64,000 bases of DNA from sequence record OL780484.1. One strand, given 5' to 3'. The notes under the pieces were generated by a model that worked only from the letters and a program-made list of their open reading frames with translations, made no database searches and was not told where the DNA came from. Positions 17,455 through 25,774 of this stretch are shown piece after piece; position 1 is the first letter of the stretch; each line of letters starts with the position of its first letter. This DNA is from Escherichia phage vB_EcoM-E33. Made by a program: the position numbers and the translations under genes.

Positions 17455-18465
17455 ATGACTCGTACTGAATACATCAATGCCTTTACTACGTATATCACTA
17501 CCAACACCCCTCCGTTAACCCCATACGAGGTAATAGTTTCTAATATCAATAAATGGGTCGACCAAATTGATGATGCATTATCGCGCTGTTTCAAAGCTGA
17601 AATCGAAAAGATTGCAGGCCGTTTGTGCATTCATGATATCATTAAAACATTTAAAGGTTCTCGACTGCTTTCGCGCCTGGTCAATAAGGACATCCTTTCT
17701 GAGTTCGGTAAAGAGAAATATCCAGGTTCCAACCGTGTTGTTAGCTACAAATGGTTTGGTGATACCATAAAAGGTTATATCAAAATTAAAGGTATGGACC
17801 CTAATAGTTTATTTCCGCAACGTTGGGTTAGCGAATTCAAGGCTAACTCTGCATTAATTCTCAAAGCGGCCTCTAAAACTATAGTTTCCGGTGATTGTCG
17901 TACTATTCACCCGATGGCTAATTGCATGATTAAAACAAATAGTTATAAAGGAAAAGCTATTATTTCTGTTATTTGGTCACCTAATAGGAAACCTAAAGAT
18001 GATGCGGAAGTTGTAAAGTATCAAGATATTGCTTACGATACCTTGAATACTATCGAACAAGCTTTAGCTCTGATGGATACCGTAGAGAAATATGAGACCC
18101 AAGAAGTTAAACACCACTTAGGCTGGAAAGGATATGAGGTCTTAGTAACAGTCCGTGAAATCAAATGTACCGTTCCAAAAACTGATGCTGAAATTTACAA
18201 AGAAAAATGTGAGGAAATTGTGAACACTGATAAAGAGCCTGCTACATTAGAAGATTTGATTAACGACTTGAACAGCCCTATCATGGCCCCTACACCAATT
18301 ACTAAATCCAAGTTACCGGAAGTCGTTGCCTTGGAAAAAGCGTATAAAGACGCCCTTGCTATCAACAAAAAACTGACTGGCCAATATACTGCTGCCAAGA
18401 AACTTTGGGAAGAGTCTACCAATCGTTTAGACCGTCTTGAACAGGCTCTGGAGCTGCTGAAATGA
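17455..18465 (+). CDS. hypothetical protein with helical C-terminal tail
   Basis: 336-aa ORF. Confidence 0.5.
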   Translation: MTRTEYINAFTTYITTNTPPLTPYEVIVSNINKWVDQIDDALSRCFKAEIEKIAGRLCIHDIIKTFKGSRLLSRLVNKDILSEFGKEKYPGSNRVVSYKWFGDTIKGYIKIKGMDPNSLFPQRWVSEFKANSALILKAASKTIVSGDCRTIHPMANCMIKTNSYKGKAIISVIWSPNRKPKDDAEVVKYQDIAYDTLNTIEQALALMDTVEKYETQEVKHHLGWKGYEVLVTVREIKCTVPKTDAEIYKEKCEEIVNTDKEPATLEDLINDLNSPIMAPTPITKSKLPEVVALEKAYKDALAINKKLTGQYTAAKKLWEESTNRLDRLEQALELLK

Positions 18466-18773
18466 AACAACGTTTAGCTGAAGATATTGCTTCAGCATCT
18501 AATACTGGTTTATTGAAATTTATTAAAGCCGCGGATGTTGAAGTTGAATTGGTTGGTAAAATTCATGGTTGTGATGATTATGATGATGCCGTTAATTGGG
18601 ATGCTGTAATGGCTATGGTCGCACGACGAGAACAAGCTTCTAAGAATGTTCCTAACTGTCCTAAGTGCGGCACAGAACAGGTTCAATTGGTCCATTGGCA
18701 GACTAGTAATCTTCGTTACAAATGCCGCCATTGTAAACATAAATTTGAGCGAGAAGAAAATGGCAAAGCGTAA
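18462..18773 (+). CDS. zinc-ribbon protein
   Basis: CPKCG...17 aa...CRHCKHKF C4 zinc ribbon. Confidence 0.5.
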   Translation: MKQRLAEDIASASNTGLLKFIKAADVEVELVGKIHGCDDYDDAVNWDAVMAMVARREQASKNVPNCPKCGTEQVQLVHWQTSNLRYKCRHCKHKFEREENGKA

Positions 18774-18996
18774 AGAATATGTAGAGGCTGCCGATAAGGC
18801 AGTCCGCGAACTTACTTTAGCTTATTATAAAGAGCATGGTAAATTTCCGGACAGTTATTCAGTATTGAAATCTGCTTTAACTCGCTCGTATAATAATATA
18901 CTATCTGATGTGTATAATTTAAAATATGAGCACATGGAAAAATATGGAACAGAACTTGACCGTTCTGAAGCATTCAAACAAATATTAGGAATTTAA
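18760..18996 (+). CDS. hypothetical protein
   Basis: 78 aa from ATG 18760 ([13 protein letters not shown]). Confidence 0.4.
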   Translation: MAKRKEYVEAADKAVRELTLAYYKEHGKFPDSYSVLKSALTRSYNNILSDVYNLKYEHMEKYGTELDRSEAFKQILGI

Positions 18997-18997
18997 A

Positions 18998-19261
18998 ATG
19001 TTTAAAGTTTATGGTTATGATTCAAATATTCACCGTTGTGTTTTCTGTGATAATGCCAAACGTCTGCTTGATGTTAAGAAACAACCTTACGAATTCATTA
19101 ACGTGATGCCGGAAAAAGGCGTATTTGATGATGAGAAGATTGCTCAACTCCTGGCTGCGCTTGGTCGCGAATCTCAAATCGGTTTGACCATGCCGCAAGT
19201 ATTTGCCCCTGATGGAAGTCATATTGGTGGCTTTGACCAACTGCGAGCGTATTTCAAATGA
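18998..19261 (+). CDS. nrdC: glutaredoxin-like thioredoxin
   Basis: 87 aa; MFKVYGYDSNIHxCVxCDNAKRLL...GSHIGGFDQLRxYFK matches remembered T4 NrdC. Confidence 0.9.
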   Translation: MFKVYGYDSNIHRCVFCDNAKRLLDVKKQPYEFINVMPEKGVFDDEKIAQLLAALGRESQIGLTMPQVFAPDGSHIGGFDQLRAYFK

Positions 19262-19270
19262 TTGAATTAA
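19253..19270 (+). repeat. 18-bp direct repeat TTCAAATGATTGAATTAA (copy 1)
   Basis: Exact second copy at 19411-19428; each spans a stop/start junction. Confidence 0.7.
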
Positions 19271-19419
19271 TGTTGGTTGTTTTGTATCTTATCATCGGTA
19301 TTGGTTATGCTAAGACCCTAGCTAAATTAGATGATTCAGGTGACTTTTGTTGGTGGTTGACGTCTATGATTTGTTGGCCTTTATTTCTGGTTGGTGCTTC
19401 ATTCTGGAACTTCAAATGA
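19258..19419 (+). CDS. small membrane protein (53 aa)
   Basis: ATG overlaps nrdC stop, own stop overlaps next ATG; hydrophobic; bounded by the 18-bp direct repeats. Confidence 0.4.
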   Translation: MIELMLVVLYLIIGIGYAKTLAKLDDSGDFCWWLTSMICWPLFLVGASFWNFK

Positions 19420-19428
19420 TTGAATTAA
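19411..19428 (+). repeat. 18-bp direct repeat TTCAAATGATTGAATTAA (copy 2)
   Basis: Exact copy of 19253-19270. Confidence 0.7.
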
Positions 19429-19724
19429 ACGAACAAACCATTTTTCTAGGTGATGGTACCGAAGATGACCTGGAATATAAACTATACGAATATATGGTTT
19501 GGTTGGCTAAAGCAGAAGGTATAGACTTTGCTGTAGCCCATCCATATGGCGAGAACACTGTTGTAATCGGCGGCACCGCTTACGAAGTCCAATGGCAATA
19601 CGTTGGCCTTGAATCTGAAGAATTTGAAGAAGATGAACACGGTGATTGGCATCCAGTCGGTCCTTGGTACTGGGAACACGGTGAACCTGATTTTGAAGTA
19701 AGTAGTTGGTGGTGTGACCGTTAA
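19416..19724 (+). CDS. hypothetical acidic protein
   Basis: 102 aa from ATG 19416 (MIELNEQ...). Confidence 0.4.
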   Translation: MIELNEQTIFLGDGTEDDLEYKLYEYMVWLAKAEGIDFAVAHPYGENTVVIGGTAYEVQWQYVGLESEEFEEDEHGDWHPVGPWYWEHGEPDFEVSSWWCDR

Positions 19725-19779
19725 GCCATGGTATGTCGCTCGGTGGGATACGATAGAACCTACCGAGCCAGAGGAACCC

Positions 19780-19809
19780 GTTTACAACGATTCCGAAATA
19801 GAGTATAAT
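19780..19809 (+). promoter_or_regulatory. early promoter GTTTAC-18-TATAAT
   Basis: Consensus -35 and -10 hexamers. Confidence 0.5.
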
Positions 19810-19831
19810 GAACCTTCAAACAATGATTTAA

Positions 19832-20032
19832 TTGATATGGAATATGGGTTTTACTATGAAAACTGAACTGATTTATACTGAAAAGTTAAATGGCGGTAAA
19901 GTCTGGAAACTTCTTATTAAAGGAAGTCCTACTGATCAGTTTATGGCCACTTGTGTAGGGTTATACACCCGTCCTACCAAAAAGATGATTCGTCAATTTA
20001 AACGGTTGCATCGCTCATTTTATAATGTTTAA
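19832..20032 (+). CDS. hypothetical basic protein
   Basis: 66-aa ORF; start uncertain (19832 or 19856). Confidence 0.3.
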   Translation: MIWNMGFTMKTELIYTEKLNGGKVWKLLIKGSPTDQFMATCVGLYTRPTKKMIRQFKRLHRSFYNV

Positions 20033-20070
20033 TAAATACCTATATCTAATTATTATTAAAGGTATAGGTC

Positions 20071-21144
20071 ATGCAAGATTTCGGACATTGGGCGGTATTT
20101 GAAGAAACCGATATTAAAAACCATATTGGATTTGTATACGTAATCACTTTTGAAGATGGCAAAAAATATGTGGGTGCTAAAAAGATTTGGAAACGAATTA
20201 AAGCTGCACCTTGCACATTTAAACGCGGCCCTAAAAAAGGATTTGAAGAATCTGATTGGAAAACCTATACCTCATCATCTAATGAACTAAACGCAATGAT
20301 AGAAAAGGGTATAAGTCCTAAAGAGTACCTTATTGTAGGATGGTATCCTACTTGGGGTAAAACTCTTATGGCAGAAATGGAAATGCAATTAGCCAATGAT
20401 GTTTTACGAGACCCTATGTGGCTTAACAAGCAAATTGGCGGACATTTCAACCCTAACTGCTTTGACGATTTAACCGAAGATGATATTGCAAGATGGATGG
20501 AATTTGATAAAGGGAACGAACATGTTTCCTGGCCTATGATGTACAAAATCGGTCAGAAAACCAAATATGTTAAACCTGACGAAGTTGGCAAGTATATTAA
20601 ATCTGGGTGGCAATTTGGTCGTTCTAAAACAGAAAAACATTCTGTTACCTATAATTGCTCTAAATTTACTATATGGGACTATCAAGAAAATAAAGCAGTG
20701 GAAGTTCTAAATCAAAATGAGTTTGCTCGTAATAATGATTTAAGTAGCAACCATCTAACTAGACTACTTCAAGGAACTCTCGACCTTATTAAAGATCGCT
20801 GGGGACTTCCACCAGATATTGCTCGTCAGCGTTATAAATTTCAGGACGTTTCTTCAGGAACAAAATTTTTATCTAATTCTGAGTTAGAAGAATTTTACGG
20901 TATGACTCGCGGTCAGGCTAACAAAGCCGTTAAAGATGGAAGAGCCGTTAAATTGGTAGTCGAAAGCAAAGAAGACCACATTAAAAAACTTGGCTCTATC
21001 GAATTGGTAAAAACCGAAAAGACAAAAGTTACGTCTCAAGTAATGCTTAACAGTTTTAAAGATATAGTTAATCCTATGACCACTGCCGAAAAATCAGAAA
21101 TGATTGAATGGTTGGAAAGTTATATAACTTATTTGAAATCTTAA
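20071..21144 (+). CDS. GIY-YIG-like (Seg-type) putative homing endonuclease
   Basis: GFVYVITFEDGKKYVGAKK...WKR has GIY-x10-YIG spacing followed by basic residues; 357 aa. Confidence 0.4.
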   Translation: MQDFGHWAVFEETDIKNHIGFVYVITFEDGKKYVGAKKIWKRIKAAPCTFKRGPKKGFEESDWKTYTSSSNELNAMIEKGISPKEYLIVGWYPTWGKTLMAEMEMQLANDVLRDPMWLNKQIGGHFNPNCFDDLTEDDIARWMEFDKGNEHVSWPMMYKIGQKTKYVKPDEVGKYIKSGWQFGRSKTEKHSVTYNCSKFTIWDYQENKAVEVLNQNEFARNNDLSSNHLTRLLQGTLDLIKDRWGLPPDIARQRYKFQDVSSGTKFLSNSELEEFYGMTRGQANKAVKDGRAVKLVVESKEDHIKKLGSIELVKTEKTKVTSQVMLNSFKDIVNPMTTAEKSEMIEWLESYITYLKS

Positions 21145-21160
21145 TGAGGAAATCGCTTAA

Positions 21161-21286
21161 ATGATTAATTTTTATGGCTACACATTTTATGCTTTAGCCG
21201 AATCTCTGAATGATGCGGTGCGTATTATGGGTGTTGAGTATCCTGCTCAATGGTTATTTGTTGTAACTAACATGTGGGTTCTTTAA
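21161..21286 (+). CDS. small hypothetical protein (41 aa)
   Basis: ATG after GAGGAAA SD; stop overlaps next ATG; not in ORF track. Confidence 0.3.
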   Translation: MINFYGYTFYALAESLNDAVRIMGVEYPAQWLFVVTNMWVL

Positions 21287-21501
21287 TGAATAAATTTCGT
21301 AATGCTGTTTCTGATATCCTGGCTAATATAACATTGGTTCTGTTTATCGTATGCCTTTTAATCCTGGCTATTCCGTTTGGATTGCTGTTCATGATTATTG
21401 GTGCTCTGAGTACTGAAAAAGGTCTTGAAGGGTCCGAGTTCGACAAACGAATCCAGGCTGTTCATAGTGTTATTGCAAAAATGATGAAGGTGAAAGAATG
21501 A
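21286..21501 (+). CDS. small membrane protein
   Basis: 71 aa, hydrophobic. Confidence 0.4.
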   Translation: MNKFRNAVSDILANITLVLFIVCLLILAIPFGLLFMIIGALSTEKGLEGSEFDKRIQAVHSVIAKMMKVKE

Positions 21502-21794
21502 AACGTTTTGAAGAATATGTAGCTTTGAATTGGACCGCTTGGGACAAGTTTGGTGATGATTGGTACTTCCATGACTGTGACCTGAACCCTGAATTCTTTA
21601 AAGGTAAGGAAGACGACCTCAAGGACATCTATGCTCTGTCAGAGATTCATGGTATTAAACCTACTGTCTATTTCTCTTTTGATGATACCGGGTTCCTTAT
21701 CCAGATTTACGTCCCATACGGAACTAATGAAGACGAAGTTCTAAAAACTTGGGACTACCAAGGAGTTATTTCCTGTGGACCAAAAGTTAACTAA
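21498..21794 (+). CDS. hypothetical protein
   Basis: 98-aa ORF. Confidence 0.45.
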   Translation: MKRFEEYVALNWTAWDKFGDDWYFHDCDLNPEFFKGKEDDLKDIYALSEIHGIKPTVYFSFDDTGFLIQIYVPYGTNEDEVLKTWDYQGVISCGPKVN

Positions 21795-22092
21795 AATTGA
21801 GATTTACGGTATCCCTGAGACAGTCATGCGCTGTCCAGGGTGCATTGCTGTTCTATCGCTCCTAAATTCCCTTTCTATCCCACATACTTTCTATCCTGTG
21901 ATTAACCAGACGCCGTCAGGCGCAGTATACGACAAGCCTCTTATAGTATCATTGGCCAAACGTGCAGGCTTCAAGAGCTTAGCGATACGCTATCCTGTCA
22001 TATTTGTCGATAATAAGAAAATAGAAAATATTCCTGCCTTCAAATCGCTTTTGATTGAACTTGGTTATGACCAAGATTTAATTGAAGATTAG
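21775..22092 (+). CDS. glutaredoxin/NrdH-like redoxin
   Basis: IYGIP...CPGC CxxC motif and VIFVDNKKIENIP; T4 nrdH-like position upstream of 55. Confidence 0.4.
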   Translation: MDQKLTKIEIYGIPETVMRCPGCIAVLSLLNSLSIPHTFYPVINQTPSGAVYDKPLIVSLAKRAGFKSLAIRYPVIFVDNKKIENIPAFKSLLIELGYDQDLIED

Positions 22093-22093
22093 T

Positions 22094-22145
22094 ATTTACT
22101 TCCTCTCCTCACGTGTTATAGTCTATCCTATCAACACATGAGGAG
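22094..22145 (+). promoter_or_regulatory. early promoter (ATTTAC, TATAGT) with inverted repeat CTCCTCACGTGTT/AACACATGAGGAG covering the SD
   Basis: 13-bp arms with one mismatch flank the -10. Confidence 0.5.
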
Positions 22146-22151
22146 AACATT

Positions 22152-22334
22152 ATGACTATCCAAGATAAAGAAATTAAAGCCGACCAGTATTATTTGGTAA
22201 ATGGCTACCCTGTTCAAGTAACAAAGGTAACAAATCTCGATGTATGGTATCAACCTTTGACTCACCCTGATGCTCCATTGATGGTGTGCGACCGTTCTTT
22301 ATTTTGTTCAGTAGCTAAGGAAATTAAATCATGA
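22152..22334 (+). CDS. hypothetical protein
   Basis: 60-aa ORF. Confidence 0.4.
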   Translation: MTIQDKEIKADQYYLVNGYPVQVTKVTNLDVWYQPLTHPDAPLMVCDRSLFCSVAKEIKS

Positions 22335-22585
22335 GTCTGAAATTACATTCAATGAAAAATATCATTACCCTTAATCTGGATGATGAGCGCCTGATTTTTC
22401 TCACCGTCACTGATAAGAATATTGAAATTGCAAATGGTCCTAAGACTTATTGTTGCCCAGTGAAGAATTGGAAACATGTAACCTTTTTGACCCTGTGCGA
22501 CCGTCTGAAAGATATTAAGTTAGATTTGGATGTCAAAGATGTCCAATACATTAAAAATCTTATTGGATACAAACTGCTGAGGTAA
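22331..22585 (+). CDS. hypothetical protein
   Basis: 84-aa ORF. Confidence 0.4.
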   Translation: MSLKLHSMKNIITLNLDDERLIFLTVTDKNIEIANGPKTYCCPVKNWKHVTFLTLCDRLKDIKLDLDVKDVQYIKNLIGYKLLR

Positions 22586-22587
22586 CT

Positions 22588-22881
22588 ATGGGTAAAACTA
22601 TTCGTCGTAAAGAATTGTCTGTAAAAGATTTTTATTATTCCGGACGTCGTAAAGCACCTGACGGCGTAAGTCAGGAACTGGTTGAAGAAAATATATTCCG
22701 TTCCGACAAGTGGAAACGTATGCGCGGTGTTGATTCTGAAGTTAAGAATGAAATGAATCGCCAACTTCGTAAAGAAGTGAGAAAGCTGAAAAAAGATGTT
22801 TACAACGACGATGAACCTGATTACAATACTTCTCATCGAGTTGCAAAACGTAAATCAAACGAATGTTATCGTTATAGCTGA
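22588..22881 (+). CDS. hypothetical basic protein
   Basis: 97-aa ORF. Confidence 0.4.
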   Translation: MGKTIRRKELSVKDFYYSGRRKAPDGVSQELVEENIFRSDKWKRMRGVDSEVKNEMNRQLRKEVRKLKKDVYNDDEPDYNTSHRVAKRKSNECYRYS

Positions 22882-22888
22882 GGAAAAT

Positions 22889-23020
22889 ATGAATATCAAA
22901 CGAATGCTTTTTAAGCAAGGACTATACACTTTAAATGTTAGTCCAAAGGGCGATACAACCACGTGGTCAGTAAATGACTGGATTAAATTCATTGATAAAC
23001 ACGGAAACTGGAAAATTTAA
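22889..23020 (+). CDS. small hypothetical protein
   Basis: 43 aa from ATG 22889 after GAGGAAA SD. Confidence 0.3.
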   Translation: MNIKRMLFKQGLYTLNVSPKGDTTTWSVNDWIKFIDKHGNWKI

Positions 23021-23221
23021 ATGAATCCTGAATCTAAATTATCACAGCGAATTGCTGAAGCTCGTCGTCAGTTCTTTGAAAATATGATAGCCCAAGGTAT
23101 TGATGACGAAGTTTTTCTGAACTGGTTTTGGAACCACAAATATTCAAGTTGTTCAGGCGCTTTATTAATTTCAGCTGCATCTATGTACGAAGGCTGGAAA
23201 GGTGCAATGAGTCAAAAATAG
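23021..23221 (+). CDS. hypothetical protein
   Basis: 66-aa ORF. Confidence 0.4.
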   Translation: MNPESKLSQRIAEARRQFFENMIAQGIDDEVFLNWFWNHKYSSCSGALLISAASMYEGWKGAMSQK

Positions 23222-23289
23222 TTTACAAACTCTTGGGACCAGAGTATAATGGTCCTACGGATTATAACTTTAAAACTGAGGAAATTATT

Positions 23290-23619
23290 ATGTCACAAGC
23301 TATTAAAAACGTACTGAACTCTTTCGCTTTCGATAAAGTAAACGAACTGATGAAAACAGGTTTTGTAACTCCTCAGGTTCTTGACCAATGGGTTGCTGAA
23401 CTGTTACCAATCATGCACTCTAAAGACCAGAAAATTGGTAAGAACGGTATTCGTGAAATCCTGGTTCAATATATCCTTGATGAATTCGATGTCGCTGCCT
23501 TTGGTGTTGAATCCAAAGCTTGGTGCCCTGGCGAAATCACGGATAAAACTATCCGTCGTATGAAAAACCAACGTAAGAAAAAATTCGTTGACCTGAAAAT
23601 TGTTAAGGCAGCGAAATGA
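23290..23619 (+). CDS. hypothetical protein
   Basis: 109 aa from ATG 23290 (MSQAIKN) after TGAGGAAA SD. Confidence 0.45.
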   Translation: MSQAIKNVLNSFAFDKVNELMKTGFVTPQVLDQWVAELLPIMHSKDQKIGKNGIREILVQYILDEFDVAAFGVESKAWCPGEITDKTIRRMKNQRKKKFVDLKIVKAAK

Positions 23620-23882
23620 TTAAAATAAAACTCTCTAATTACGATAAAAACTTGGAAATGATTGCTATGAAAGAAGAACTCTTGAATGATGTCCGCTTTA
23701 CCGGTTATGCAGTTCAATTTAATGGTGATGGGGCTCTCCAGATTGAGGGTGACCACTTCATCATCGAATACGAATTTAAACAGTACTGGCTTTATGCGAA
23801 GGACGAAGTTGGTGGTGTTGATTACGTCGACGAGTTCGATAACCTGGATGATGCCTTAGAAGGAGCTCGATTCCTACAATGA
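23616..23882 (+). CDS. hypothetical protein
   Basis: 88-aa ORF. Confidence 0.45.
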   Translation: MIKIKLSNYDKNLEMIAMKEELLNDVRFTGYAVQFNGDGALQIEGDHFIIEYEFKQYWLYAKDEVGGVDYVDEFDNLDDALEGARFLQ

Positions 23883-24142
23883 AACCCATATCCACCACCC
23901 TCGCCTACGAAGGTCTCGGATTTTTCTTAATAGATAACTGTATGGATGTTGAGTTTGTTTGTGGTGAGACTTCTTTAGTATGGAAGTCTCATATTTCCAA
24001 ATACAACCATCGCGAATATCCAAGTCTTTTTAAAGAATTTTGTGGATATATGTCTGAACACGGGTGTACTGATACAATTTCTTATTCCGAGTTCACACAA
24101 ATCCTTGAAACAGTATTTCAGGCTTATTGCTTACTCCGTTGA
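23879..24142 (+). CDS. hypothetical protein
   Basis: 87-aa ORF. Confidence 0.45.
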   Translation: MKPISTTLAYEGLGFFLIDNCMDVEFVCGETSLVWKSHISKYNHREYPSLFKEFCGYMSEHGCTDTISYSEFTQILETVFQAYCLLR

Positions 24143-24177
24143 TGCTTTAAAAGGGTCTTCAAATACTATGATATAAT
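24143..24177 (+). promoter_or_regulatory. possible promoter upstream of gene 55 (TGCTTTA box, TACTAT/TATAAT)
   Basis: MotA-like box 24143-24149; -10 candidates at 24164-24169 and 24172-24177; spacing non-ideal. Confidence 0.3.
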
Positions 24178-24208
24178 AGACCTATGATTTGAGTTATCTG
24201 AGGTAACA

Positions 24209-24766
24209 ATGACCGAAATTAAACTGACTAAAAATAACTATGTAAATAATAAGGAGCTTCTGAAAGCTATCACCCAATGGAAAACAGAACTCAGAGAAAA
24301 TACCGATCCTAATAAAATAGTTCGCCAGAACGACGTTATCGGCTTGGCTATTATGCTCATTGCTGAAGGACTAAGTAAACGTTTCAACTTCTCAGGATAT
24401 ACCCAATCTTGGAAGCAAGAAATGATTGCTGATGGAATCGAAGCTTCGATTAAAGGTCTTCACAACTTCGACGAAACAAAATACGACAACCCACATGCAT
24501 ATATCACTATGGCTTGTTTTAATGCCTTCGTTCAGCGTATCAAAAAAGAACGTAAAGAAATGGCAAAGAAATATAGCTACTTCGTCCATAATGTCTATGA
24601 CAGTAATGATGACGACATGGTAGGTATTGCAGATGAAACCTTTATCCAAGATATCTACGACAAAATGACTCAGTATGAAACCTCTTTAACTAAAGCACCA
24701 GGGTCTGATAAGAGTGCCGAACCTAAAGTTGGTGAACTGGATTTTTTATATGGAACATCAGATTAA
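24209..24766 (+). CDS. 55: late-transcription sigma factor gp55
   Basis: 185 aa; YVNNKELL...[55 protein letters not shown] matches remembered T4 gp55. Confidence 0.9.
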   Translation: MTEIKLTKNNYVNNKELLKAITQWKTELRENTDPNKIVRQNDVIGLAIMLIAEGLSKRFNFSGYTQSWKQEMIADGIEASIKGLHNFDETKYDNPHAYITMACFNAFVQRIKKERKEMAKKYSYFVHNVYDSNDDDMVGIADETFIQDIYDKMTQYETSLTKAPGSDKSAEPKVGELDFLYGTSD

Positions 24767-24980
24767 TATCACTCCACTTTTAGATGGAATGGAAGACTTC
24801 GAAGCACTCCCTTATTTTATTAAATTGATATTACGGGATGTTAAAGGTCTTCCTATTGATATTGACCCACTTAACGTCAGGAATATTGAATTCACTTCTC
24901 CTGACAATAACGTAGATTACCGTTATCATGTTGAGAACGCTAATTTCTACTTCACTATTGAATTGACTCCAAAGGATTAA
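24750..24980 (+). CDS. hypothetical protein
   Basis: 76 aa; start uncertain. Confidence 0.35.
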   Translation: MEHQINITPLLDGMEDFEALPYFIKLILRDVKGLPIDIDPLNVRNIEFTSPDNNVDYRYHVENANFYFTIELTPKD

Positions 24981-24981
24981 T

Positions 24982-25293
24982 ATGCAAAGCCATGACATTT
25001 CTCAATTGACTGATGAGCAAATTGAAGAAGCCCAGCAACGTTTAGAAGAGCACAATATTAAAGAAGCTAATTCTCAAGCGGCTAAGATTCTTAAGAAGAA
25101 TGCTCGTGAAATCCGTCGTTTAAATCTCCATGCCCAAGGCGCTGTACTTGAAAACAACTTTGAAGCATATAAGTACGCTTTAATTAAATTACGTGGTATT
25201 TACCGTCAACCTGTTACTGATGAACTTGTTCAATTGATGTGGGAATCTACCCGCAAACAAATTTGGGAAATCGTCAATGGCCCTAGTAAATAA
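24982..25293 (+). CDS. hypothetical protein
   Basis: 103-aa ORF. Confidence 0.45.
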   Translation: MQSHDISQLTDEQIEEAQQRLEEHNIKEANSQAAKILKKNAREIRRLNLHAQGAVLENNFEAYKYALIKLRGIYRQPVTDELVQLMWESTRKQIWEIVNGPSK

Positions 25294-25477
25294 ACCCTTT
25301 AAACGGCTTCTTATTGGAGCCGCCTTTAGACTTCGCTCATACGGTAATATCTGTATTAAGCAGTCCGAAACCGAATATAAAATGGTCGGCCAGTATTCCG
25401 ATGGAATTTTTCGGATTGAGCCTGTAGCCAAGGTTTGGGTAGATTCTCATCAACTTAAGAAATGGTGGCAACGATGA
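25277..25477 (+). CDS. hypothetical protein
   Basis: 66-aa ORF. Confidence 0.35.
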   Translation: MALVNKPFKRLLIGAAFRLRSYGNICIKQSETEYKMVGQYSDGIFRIEPVAKVWVDSHQLKKWWQR

Positions 25478-25535
25478 TAACGTGGACAGGCGGCTAATGA
25501 AAGACGAATACGAAAAAGTTTAAGAGGTTGTATGA

Positions 25536-25709
25536 ATGACGAATTCGATGGATTTTGATAAGATTAAATCTGACAAAAATGAGATGATACTTCAATTTGA
25601 AGCCGCTCGTATTAAAGCAGAAAATGAAGGTACTATTACCTATAAGCCTATCAAGTTCAGGTCTAATCACGAACCTCTGTACGGTGTATTAGTTGGTAAA
25701 GGAGCTTAG
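25536..25709 (+). CDS. small hypothetical protein (57 aa)
   Basis: AAGAGG SD then ATG 25536; stop lies inside the terminator hairpin; not in ORF track. Confidence 0.3.
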   Translation: MTNSMDFDKIKSDKNEMILQFEAARIKAENEGTITYKPIKFRSNHEPLYGVLVGKGA

Positions 25710-25720
25710 GCTCCTTTTTT
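25701..25720 (+). terminator. rho-independent terminator
   Basis: GGAGC-ttag-GCTCC followed by T6. Confidence 0.65.
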
Positions 25721-25743
25721 GCTTTCTGAATGGATGATAAAAT
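25720..25743 (+). promoter_or_regulatory. possible MotA-dependent middle promoter for gene 47
   Basis: TGCTTTC box, 11-nt spacer, TAAAAT; T4 46/47 are middle genes. Confidence 0.35.
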
Positions 25744-25774
25744 AAATCTATGAAATACATTATAAAGGTAGATT

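Noticed and set aside
24426-24623. + strand 65-aa ORF inside gene 55 in another frame
   Set aside because: It is fully embedded within the well-supported gp55 coding sequence and has no independent start signals.
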